The notes under the pieces: model-generated
What the model saw: the letters and a program-made list of their open reading frames with translations, nothing else
The model's database searches: none
What the model was told of the DNA's origin: nothing
Made by a program: the position numbers and the translations under genes
Assembly (NCBI GenBank): GCA_963796965.1
Contig: CAWCNS010000004.1
Coordinates: 800,001-864,000 of the forward strand
Length of the DNA stretch: 64,000 bases
DNA from: Calditrichia bacterium
Lineage (GTDB): Bacteria; Calditrichota; Calditrichia; JAJRVZ01
Direction: 5' to 3'
In this document: positions 1-9,357 of the stretch, piece after piece
Numbering within the stretch: the first letter of the stretch is position 1
Layout: every line of letters starts with the position of its first letter

Positions 1-147
1 CCAGCCATTGAGTATGGTAATTTGGATAGGGAAGAGATCGTCGATCGACTCACTAAAGAGATGCAAACAGCCGCCGCCAACCTGGAATTTGAAAGGGCGG
101 CTGTGATCCGTGATGAAATAAAACGGTTGAAGGGGAGGAAAAGTTGA
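1..147 (+). CDS. uvrB: Excinuclease ABC subunit B, C-terminal fragment (5' truncated by window)
   Basis: Frame 1 reads PAIEYGNLDREEIVDRLTKEMQTAAANLEFERAAVIRDEIKRLKGRKS*, a typical C-terminal UVR coiled-coil (EM..AA.NLEFERAA.IRDEI). Other UVR-domain proteins cannot be excluded from this fragment. Confidence 0.75.
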   Translation, partial: PAIEYGNLDREEIVDRLTKEMQTAAANLEFERAAVIRDEIKRLKGRKS

Positions 148-200
148 GGCTCAGTTCTATGATAACAGATAAGATGAGATGTCGCATCCCGCATCCCGCA

Positions 201-1070
201 TCACGCTTCATATACATCCTGAAAAGTATACAATCGTTTTGCCACTACGGGATGATCAAAACTTATTTGATCAAATCCTGATCCTCCTAGAAACACTTTT
301 GTTCGGGACTTCTGGCAAATGTCAAAGATAGAATGAATCTCCTGTTCAGCCATGAGGGTGTCTTCGTTAATCGTGCTTGAGATATATAGCCGGTCCGGTT
401 TTATTTTTTTTAGCATTTGTTCAAGATCCAGATAGGGGGTTTTTTGACCGCTGAAATAAGTTTTAAACCCTCTGACTTCCAGAATATTCTGAACCATTTT
501 CAGAGCAATGTCATGGAGCTCGAGTGATAGATTCAGGCAAATGGCGGTTCTTGTTTTCTTTCTTGGAACTTTTATTATACCTTGCAATCGAATAATGGCA
601 TCGCGAATAATCTGGGAGGCAATATGCTCTTCTGTTACCGATAATTTATTATTCATCCAGCGATCACCAATTTCATGTAATGTCGGGGTTATTAGCTCAT
701 CATATATTTGATACAAGGGATACTGCCCCAAATGTAATCCTGTCAGGACATTCTGTACATCATCCCTATTGGCCTGTAGCGCTTTTTTAATCAGAAAAGA
801 TTGTAAATAGTTAAAATCACCTTTAAGAATATGGTAGTTGATTTCAAGGTCCTGACTATTCTCTATAGAAAATATATTTAGTTTGGATGTTTTTTTATTA
901 TTCTTTTTAAGAAACTCTGCTAAATGGGTCATTTGAAATTTACGATGTCCCCCCGCCGTTCGAATGCAGGATAGTTTTCCCTCATCCGTCCATCTCTTTA
1001 TAGAGGAAACATTTACACCCAATACCCGCGCTGCTTCTTCACTGTTCAATACCGTTGCTGTGACTTCCAT
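201..1070 (-). CDS. MerR/excisionase-type HTH plus cobalamin-binding regulator (CarH/LitR-like)
   Basis: N-terminal HTH (EAARVLGVNVSSIKRWTDEGKL...RTAGGHRKF); Wx9EH motif (WMNNKLSVTEEH); ExH motif (ELHDIAL); Rossmann B12-binding C-terminus (VFLGG). Confidence 0.85.
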   Translation of the reverse strand: MEVTATVLNSEEAARVLGVNVSSIKRWTDEGKLSCIRTAGGHRKFQMTHLAEFLKKNNKKTSKLNIFSIENSQDLEINYHILKGDFNYLQSFLIKKALQANRDDVQNVLTGLHLGQYPLYQIYDELITPTLHEIGDRWMNNKLSVTEEHIASQIIRDAIIRLQGIIKVPRKKTRTAICLNLSLELHDIALKMVQNILEVRGFKTYFSGQKTPYLDLEQMLKKIKPDRLYISSTINEDTLMAEQEIHSIFDICQKSRTKVFLGGSGFDQISFDHPVVAKRLYTFQDVYEA

Positions 1071-1127
1071 CTAATTTTTCCTTTCATCGATAATATACAA
1101 TGAAAAATCCAGTCTATCCAAAAAAAA

Positions 1128-1205
1128 GAGCGATTTGAGCGATATTTTTCTTGACTTTCATTTTTTTCTTTGTATATTGTGTCTAAGAAAACGCTCAAAA
1201 CGCTC
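1128..1205 (+). promoter_or_regulatory. sigma70-type promoter for the ECF gene, bracketed by an inverted pair of tandem-repeat sites
   Basis: TTGACT (1151-1156), 16 nt, TATATT (1173-1178). GAGCGATTTGAGCG at 1128-1141 and its near reverse complement CGCTCAAAACGCTC at 1192-1205. SD GAGGAG precedes ATG 1230. Confidence 0.6.
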
Positions 1206-1229
1206 AATTTAATTTGAGGAGATTTTATT

Positions 1230-1790
1230 ATGAAACAGGAAGAAGCAAAACATTTAGAATTTCACATGCTTTACCAGCCCTATTTAAGATCCTTGAAAAA
1301 TACGGCATTTAGATTGACAAAAGATTCTATGGAAGCAGATGATTTATTACAGGAAGCCCTCTTTAAAGCCTACAAGGGAATGGGCTCATTTCAACCAGGT
1401 ACAAACTTTCGTGCCTGGATCTTTAGAATTCTTGTTAATACTTACCTGACACATTATCGGAAAAAATCGAAGCAACCGGTAAAGGTGAGTTATGATGATA
1501 TGGAGGACTTCTCTCTCTATCAAAAGTCCGATTATGACTTCAATGCTGAAATTGTCAATGCAGAATCGGTGAATGGTGAATTATTTGAGGACGAAATTCA
1601 AATGGTGCTTGATAAGATGCCCTACTATTTTAGGTTGGTTGTTATGCTATATGATATTGAGGGATTTTCCTACAGTGAGATTTCTAAGATGGTAGATATT
1701 CCTGTAGGTACGGTCATGTCTCGTTTAAACCGTGGAAGAAAATTATTACGACAAAAATTGAAAAGATATGCACAAAAGCAAAGGATATGA
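1230..1790 (+). CDS. ECF RNA polymerase sigma factor (SigR/SigH-like); the C-terminus may extend to 1938 after a 1-nt indel
   Basis: Region 2 (AFRLTKDSMEADDLLQEALFKAY...FQPGTNFRAWIFRILVN) and region 4 (DIEGFSYSEISKMVDIPVGTVMSRLNRGRKLL). Confidence 0.92.
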   Translation: MKQEEAKHLEFHMLYQPYLRSLKNTAFRLTKDSMEADDLLQEALFKAYKGMGSFQPGTNFRAWIFRILVNTYLTHYRKKSKQPVKVSYDDMEDFSLYQKSDYDFNAEIVNAESVNGELFEDEIQMVLDKMPYYFRLVVMLYDIEGFSYSEISKMVDIPVGTVMSRLNRGRKLLRQKLKRYAQKQRI

Positions 1791-2037
1791 AGTTGAATCA
1801 AATCTAAATTTTGGGGTTAGCAAACTAAACCAGGGGAATAATCATGATAGATCTGATTCAGACACTTTACTTTTCGAACTAAACTGGATGGACGAAATGT
1901 GCCAGATTCTACAATTACTAATCAAGGCGAATAAATAACTGTGTATTTACGTAGAAAGAACAATGAAGTTGACAAAAAAGTTTAAAATTAATAAACATAA
2001 AGTACACTAAACTTATTCATACAAGGAGAAAACTAAA

Positions 2038-5000
2038 ATGAAAAAATTATTACTTGTATTTATCAATGGCTGTGATGGCATTCAATATCGGTCCTATGCA
2101 CAGGAACCGATCTGCTCGTATGCAGGTTATTCATAACTCAGCTGATAAAGCGGCTGCAATGGTTGATATTTATCTATGGAATGGTGACCGAAAACAGTTT
2201 GGTTATAAAACTAGATGATTTCGCATTCCGGGCGGCAACACCTTTTGTAGATGTTCCTGCAGGGGATTCTCTTGCCGTGATTATCGCCGGTCCTTCATCT
2301 GAAGATGAGACCGATCAGGTTGTCACGACGATTCCGGTTGGTGCTCTTGCAAACGGTGGCAGTTATGTTGTTATCGCTAATGGTCTTGTTGCACCGGGCG
2401 ATTATGCGCTCAAATCCCGATGGTATCAGCACCGCATTTCAATTATTGATTAAAGATATGACCCGTGAAAGCGCCGAAGGATCTGGCGTAGACTTTTTTG
2501 CCTTGCATGGTTCTACAGACGCCCCGACGGTTGATGTTATTGCCCGTGGTGTGGCTACTTTGTAAATGACGCAGCCTATACGGATATGACCGGTTATGTT
2601 AATGTACCGGCAGCATCCTATATCCTGGATGTTACACCAGGATCAGACAATGAAACAATCGTGGCTTCATTTACTGCTGATTTATCATCTTTAGATGGTG
2701 GTAGTGCGGTTGTATTTGCCTCCGGATTCTTAACCCCCTCCGCCAATATGGATGGGGAAGCCTTTGGCCTTTATGCTGCTCTGGCAAATGGTACGGTCGT
2801 TGAATTTCCCGGAATTTCACAGGCACGTATGCAGGTCATCCACAATTCAGCCGATAAAGCTGCGGCAATGGTTGATATCTATCTCTGGAACGGTGACAAG
2901 GATGAACTGGTTGTTAAGTTAGATGATTTTGAATTTCGTCAGGCAACACCCTTCGTGGATGTACCTGGTAGTGATTCGCTGTCCGTTATTATCGCTGGTC
3001 CTACATCCGAAGATGAGACTGATCAGGTTGTCGCGACGATACCGGTTGGTGCTCTGGCCAATGGTAACACCTATGTTGTTATCGCTAATGGTCTTGTTGC
3101 ACCGGGCGATTATGCCTCAAATCCCGATGGTGTCAGCACAGCATTTCAATTGCTAATTAAAGATATGACCCGTGAAAGTGCCGAAGGATCTGGCGTAGAC
3201 TTTTTTGCCTTGCATGGTTCTACAGACGCCCCGACGGTTGATGTTATTGCCCGTGGTGTGGCAACTTTGTAAATGATGCAGCCTATACGGATATGACCGG
3301 TTATGTTAATGTACCGGCAGCATCCTATATCCTGGATGTTACACCAGGATCAGACAATGAAACAATCGTGGCTTCATTTACTGCTGATTTATCATCTTTA
3401 GATGGTGGTAGCGCGGTTGTATTTGCCTCCGGATTCTTAACCCCCTCCGCCAATATGGATGGGGAAGCCTTTGGCCTTTATGCTGCTCTGGCAAATGGTA
3501 CGGTCGTTGAATTTCCCGGAATTTCACAGGCACGTATGCAGGTCATCCACAATTCAGCCGATAAAGCTGCGGCAATGGTTGATATCTATCTCTGGAACGG
3601 TGACAAGGATGAACTGGTTGTTAAGTTAAATGATTTTGAATTCCGTCAGGCAACACCTTTTGTTGATGTACCTGGTAGTGATTCTTTATCTGTTATTATC
3701 GCTGGTCCTACATCCGAAGATGAGACTGATCAGGTTGTCGCGACGATACCGGTTGGTGCTCTGGCCAATGGTAACACCTATGTTGTTATCGCTAATGGTC
3801 TTGTTGCACCGGGCGATTATGCCTCAAATCCCGATGGTGTCAGCACAGCATTTCAATTGCTAATTAAAGACATGACCCGTGAAAGCGCCGAAGGATCTGG
3901 CGTAGACTTTTTTGCCTTGCATGGTTCTACAGACGCCCCGACGGTTGATGTTATTGCCCGTGGTGTGGCTACTCTTGTAAATGATGCAGCCTATACGGAT
4001 ATGACCGGTTATGTTAATGTGCCGGCAGCATCCTACATCCTGGATGTTACTCCTGGCAGTGACAGCACGACGATCGTGGCCTCTTTTATTGCTGACTTAT
4101 CAGCTTTAGATGGCGGTAGCGCGGTTGTATTTGCTTCTGGATTCTTAACTCCCTCCGCCAATATGGATGGGGAAGCCTTTGGCCTTTATGCTGCTCTGGC
4201 AAATGGCACGGTCGTTGAATTTCCTGGAACTTCAGAGGCACGTATGCAGGTCATCCACAATTCAGCCGATAAAGCTGCGGCAATGGTTGATATCTATCTC
4301 TGGAACGGTGACAAGGATGAACTGGTTATAAAGTTGGATGATTTTGAATTTCGTCAGGCAACACCTTTTGTGGATGTACCTGGTGGTGATTCTTTATCTG
4401 TTATTATTGCTGGTCCTACATCCGAAGATGAGACTGATCAGGTTGTAGCGACGATTCCCGTGGGAGGGCTTGCTAACGGCAATACCTATGTTGTTATGGC
4501 TAATGGTCTGGTTACACCAGGTGGTTATGCAGCTAATCCAGACGGAATCAGTACAGCCTTTGAGTTACTAATTAAAGATATGGCCCAAGAGAGTGGAACC
4601 GGTGATAATGTGGACTTTTTTATTCTTCATGGTTCTACCGATGCGCCTACGGTTGATATTATCGCCCGCGGTGTTACTACGTTGGCGGATGATGCGGCCT
4701 ATACAGATATGACTGGATATCTATCTGTACCGGCGGCTTCCTATACCATCGACATTACGCCGGGTTCTGAAAATGAAACCATTATTGTCTCCTATGCTGC
4801 AGATCTGAGTGGTCTTGAAGGAGGCAGTGCCGTTGTTTTTGCATCAGGTTTTCTTGCCCCTGAAAGCAACCAGAATGGTGAGGCCTTTGGTATATATGCG
4901 GCTCTGGCCAATGGAACGGTTGTTGCCTTTTCTACGGTAACCTCTATTGAGGGGTTAAGTAATGAAACAGCACCCTCAACATATGCTTTGAGCCAAAATT

Positions 5001-5239
5001 ATCCGAATCCATTCAATCCAAGTACTAAGATTCGTTTCAATCTGCCAATAGCTGAAACTGTCAGATTAAAAATATTTGATATTGCCGGTCGCGAAGTGGC
5101 AACTTTGGTTGACGGAAGACAGGATGCAGGCGTTTTTGAGGTAACTTTTGATGCTGCAGACTTTGCCTCGGGTGTCTATTTCTATCGCCTGGAAGCAGGA
5201 TCTTTTACAGCCATTAAGCGGATGATGTTGATTAAGTAA
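2038..5239 (+). CDS. Large secreted protein with tandem DUF4397-like modules and a C-terminal T9SS-type sorting domain (frameshifted in this sequence)
   Basis: SD AAGGAG then ATG AAA AAA TTA TTA CTT (MKKLLL) at 2038; repeated RMQVIHNSAD..VDIY and HGSTDAPTVDV motifs across ORFs 2163, 2305, 2586 and 3293; ends LSQNYPNPFNPST...SGVYFYRL...KRMMLIK. Confidence 0.85.
2114..4935 (+). repeat. Four intragenic tandem repeats of about 708 bp (236 aa)
   Basis: GC(T/A)CGTATGCAGGT recurs at 2114, 2823, 3530 and 4238; copies 2 and 3 are near-identical at the DNA level over most of their length. Confidence 0.95.
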
Positions 5240-5261
5240 ATATTCAATAAATATAAAAAAG

Positions 5262-5293
5262 ATGTAAAGACGCGATTAATCGCGTCTTTACAT
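5262..5293. repeat. Perfect 32-bp palindrome (REP-like, possible terminator)
   Basis: ATGTAAAGACGCGATT/AATCGCGTCTTTACAT directly downstream of the stop at 5239; related copy at 30338-30365. Confidence 0.85.
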
Positions 5294-5540
5294 TTAGTTA
5301 TAGTGTGTATGAAAAGTATTTGTTATAGGAAACCCAAACCATTAACTTTGATTTCTTTTCTTTACTTTCTCACCCAAGCAGAACTTAGACTGAAAGGAAC
5401 ACGACTTGGAGAAGGTTTAATCGGTACGGGCTATTTTTATCATGAAATTAACGGGTGAGTCATGGTTTTTCCTGAGAAGTAAAGAATATTATATCCCAAA
5501 AATTTGTTAGGTGTCTCCAATCTATAAAAAAGGAAAAAGT

Positions 5541-7891
5541 GTGAATTTATTTAAAAAAATATCTATTCTTTTAATGATAGTACTGTTCTTTTCTGCTCTG
5601 GTTTATGCTCAGGAAGTGAAAAAGGGAAAGATTCAGGGTCAGGTTGTTGATATGAGGACCAATGAACCCCTGGCTGGTGTCAATGTAATTGTGATCGATT
5701 CTAATCGTGGGGCAGCCACCGATTTGGACGGCCTCTTTTTCATAGATAATCTTTCTCCCGGAACCTATCGTTTAGAGGTGATGTATATCGGCTATATTGA
5801 AGAAAAATTCACAGATATTGTGGTAAGCAACAATAAACCAGCTGTGGTAAATATCAAACTCTCAGAGCAAATTCTAGAGACGGACAAAATTGTAGTTACC
5901 GCCGGTTACTTTGTTGAGGAGACGATGACACAACCGAGCACGATTGGATTAAGTCGTGAAGAAATTCGCCGCTTCCCTGGCGGGTTTGAAGACGTTGTAC
6001 GCACTGTTTCAACATTACCAGGGGTTGCAGTAAATTACACAGGTGGACGGAATGATATTTTGGTCCGTGGGGGTGGTCCTTCTGAAAATCTCTATGTTAT
6101 CAATAATATCGATGTGCCTAATATTAACCATTTTGGCACCCAGGGTACTGGTAGCGGTAGTCTGAGTTTTGTCAATCTGGATTTCGTAGATAATGTATCT
6201 TTTTCAACCGGTGGGTTCTCCTCAGACTATGGAGATAAAATGTCATCTGTATTGAGTCTGGAGATGGCCCGTGGACGAAAAGACCAACTGGGGGCAAGTT
6301 GCTCGTTTCAGCTACGCAATATGGTTTTAATCTGGAAGGGCCGGTTACCTCAAACGGGGATTTCATTTTTTCCGCCCGTCAGAGTTATCTTGATCTGATC
6401 TTCAAAGCAGCAGGTCTGCCTTTTATCCCGGTTTATACGGATTTTAATTTAATACTAGATTTTGATTTGTCAGATAGAGATAAAATATTCATTCTTGGAC
6501 TTGCCGCATTAGATAATGTTGATCGCAATCTAACTAATGAAGAAAATAGGGTGAAAAATGCTGGCATAATGGATAATACCCAGAATCAATATATTAGCGG
6601 GATTAATTATCGCCGTTTAGTTGATAAGGGATATCTTGATTTAACTCTTAATTATAATGCTTATACCTATGAATTCAGCCAGATTGATGAGTTTGGTGAA
6701 AAATATTTTGATAGTAATGCGTATGAATCAGAGATTGGAATTAAAGCCCAATATTTTCATGCCTTTTCTAAAAAAATAGGTTTGTTAACTGGTCTGTCAT
6801 CCAAATTTATTCGTATCGATAACACAACTATATTTGCAGACACAATTTACAATAGCAGTGGAAACCGTGTTCCAGTTGAATCGATAGGGGTTCAGCAATT
6901 TACGAATGTCGTTGCAGATGGAAACAAATATGCGGGGTATCTAAAAATGGATTGGGCTGTAACACCATTACTCTCGTTAAATCTCGGTTTAAGACTAGAT
7001 TATTATTCATTTCTTTCCGATCCAGCCTATATTTCACCCCGTCTGAATTTAAAATATAAACTGACCACGAAGTTAAGCCTAAAAGGTAGTCTGGGTAGGT
7101 ATTATCAATCGCCTTCTTATGTTTGGATGGTAAATGATGATAACCGAAATTTAAAAGCTTTAAGAAACGATATGGCAATACTTGGATTAGATTATCTGTT
7201 TAGCGACGACCTGCGTATGTCCGTAGAAACTTTTTATAAAGACTATAGTGACTTACCTACCGGTACAGTGAAGGATGTGAATGACTATGTTGTTATAACC
7301 AACACAGGCACTACTTATGGTGGTCGCGAGGATGATTTTCAATCCTTTGGTTATTTTCCCATGGTATCGGATGCTTTTGGTAATGCCTATGGATTTGAAT
7401 TGTTATTTCAGAAAAAGTTCTCGCAAGTGCCCTGTTATGGACAGGTCAGTTTTGCTTACAGTAAAAGCCGTTATACTGCAGGTAATAATTTGGTATACCC
7501 GGGACAATTTGATCAACGCTTTATTTTTAATCTGGCCGGAGGGTATAAGTTTAACGAAAATTGGGAAATAAGCAGTAAATACCGTTATTTTACAGGAGTA
7601 CCCTATACACCGGTCTATCGTCCATCTGAAAACCCTGTTAACCCGGGAACGACACAGAATCTACCTGATGAATATTTCTCTGAACGTTTAGATCCGGAAG
7701 GCATTTGGGATGTGCGGGTAGATCGATATTTTTATTTTAGGAGTTGGAGGTTAACGGTATTTTTAGATATACAGAATGTTTTGAATACCAAATATCAGGT
7801 CAAGCCAAGATACGATTTTTGGGCAGATGAAATAGTCACCACAAACAGCATTGGCATTCTGCCTTCAATCGGAATTAGTGCGGAATTTTAG
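5541..7891 (+). CDS. TonB-dependent receptor (one frameshift near 6295)
   Basis: Signal peptide; carboxypeptidase-regulatory-like N-domain (GQVVD..TNEPLAGVNV); plug (DVVRTVSTLPGV...VRGGGPSENLYVIN); barrel continues in ORF 6299-7891 ending in F. GTG 5541 follows AAGGA. Confidence 0.9.
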
Positions 7892-8050
7892 GATAAGCAT
7901 TATTCATTTAGACCGATTTTGAAGAGAGAAGAGAGAAAAGCGTGAAGCGTAGAGTGTAGAGAGTAACGACACAAAGCATTGCATCGCCGAATGAGATTCA
8001 AATATAGGGGTTTAACGTTGCCATGCCCTTTAAATATAAAACACAATAAA

Positions 8051-8074
8051 GCGGCAAACCTATGTGTTTGCCCT
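8051..8074. repeat. REP-like palindrome
   Basis: GCGGCAAACCTATGTGTTTGCCCT resembles GGGGCAGACCTGTGTGTCTGCCCT at 42074-42097. Confidence 0.6.
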
Positions 8075-8216
8075 GAATTCGTATGCAGAAATCAGAAATC
8101 CATAATTATTTTGAATTGATTCATTTGGATTTTTTTTGGCATTTGGATTTGGAAATTAGACATTTATCGCGATATTGCACATCCCAAATTCCGTATCAAG
8201 AAATAGGAATATAAAT

Positions 8217-9113
8217 TTGAAAATTTTAATCTCAGGGAGTTCCGGTCTTGTTGGTTCTTATTTGGTTGACTATCTAACAGCCAAAGGTCATGATATTTCA
8301 AAATTGGTGCGCAATCCCAAGAGAGTGAATGAAAAAGATCTTCTTTGGGATCCGACGGGAGAAACATTTGATCACCATACTATTGAAGGCTTCCAGGCGA
8401 TCATTCATTTAGCCGGGGAAAATATTTCCTCACGTTTATGGACGCGAAAACAAAAAGAGAAAATTAGAAATAGTCGTGTAAATAGCACCCGTATTTTAGC
8501 TGAGGCCATCGCCCGGATAAAAAGTTCTAAACCTATCATGCTCTGTGCTTCGGCGACTGGTTTTTATGGCGATCGTGGCGATGAGATTCTTACTGAAAAA
8601 AGTGCATCAGGAGAGGGTTTCCTGGCAGAAGTGGTTGGCGAATGGGAAGCGGCATGTGAGCCGGCAATTCAATCAGGGGCGCGAGTGGTCAACGTTCGTA
8701 CCGGCATTGTTCTCAGTGACAGGGGAGGTCTTTTAAAAAGATTATTACCGGTATATAAACTTGGGTTAGGCGGGAAACTAGGCACTGGTCAGCAATACAT
8801 GCCCTGGATTTCACTGCTTGACCTTATTCGTGTTTATGAATATTGTTTGGAAAATCCCGATATCAAAGGACCTTTGAACGCCGTAGCGCTTGAATCTGTA
8901 ACAAATAAGCAATTCACACGCATCCTTTCAGAGAATTTATCCAAGCCAGCAAATTTTCATGTCCCGGCGGTAATTTTAAATTTGCTGTTTGGTGAAATGG
9001 CACAGGAACTTTTTTTTAGTAGCGCCCGTGTTGAACCACAAAATTTATTTAGAATGAAATTTGAGTTTCAACATCCAACTTTAAAATCAGCACTTTTATA
9101 TTTGGAAAATTGA
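8217..9113 (+). CDS. TIGR01777 family NAD-dependent epimerase/oxidoreductase (YfcH-like)
   Basis: KILISGSSGLVG Rossmann motif; IIHLAGENI, SRVNST, SATGFYGDRGDEILTE, GLGGKLGTGQQYMPWI. TTG start at 8217 is inferred. Confidence 0.92.
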   Translation: MKILISGSSGLVGSYLVDYLTAKGHDISKLVRNPKRVNEKDLLWDPTGETFDHHTIEGFQAIIHLAGENISSRLWTRKQKEKIRNSRVNSTRILAEAIARIKSSKPIMLCASATGFYGDRGDEILTEKSASGEGFLAEVVGEWEAACEPAIQSGARVVNVRTGIVLSDRGGLLKRLLPVYKLGLGGKLGTGQQYMPWISLLDLIRVYEYCLENPDIKGPLNAVALESVTNKQFTRILSENLSKPANFHVPAVILNLLFGEMAQELFFSSARVEPQNLFRMKFEFQHPTLKSALLYLEN

Positions 9114-9357
9114 GAATTTTAGCCGACCTTACTCAGCCTAAATTTTATTACAGATCGATACACTCGGTAATAATCCAATCAATCCCAGTTAAGAACCCCT
9201 CATATTTTTAAAAACACTTTTAATTATATTCATTTTTGCTAAATTATCTCTTCAAGATAAAGAATAATCAAAAAACGATAGTAGTGGAAATAAATATGTT
9301 ACAGTAGGATGTAATACTTATTATATTATCCATCAACATAAGCATGTAAGAGATAAA

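Noticed and set aside
1957..2023. CarH-type TnnACA direct repeats upstream of the DUF4397 gene
   Set aside because: TTGACA (1969) and TAAACA (1992) are present, but spacing is irregular and the region is very AT-rich; not supportable.
5294..5540. Cobalamin riboswitch or 49-codon ORF (5309-5458) upstream of the TBDR
   Set aside because: No recognisable B12-box or GGGAA/CCACTG core; the small ORF lacks an SD and any motif. An Rfam scan would settle it.
9114..9357. SAM or B12 riboswitch upstream of metH
   Set aside because: AT-rich with no recognisable conserved riboswitch core.
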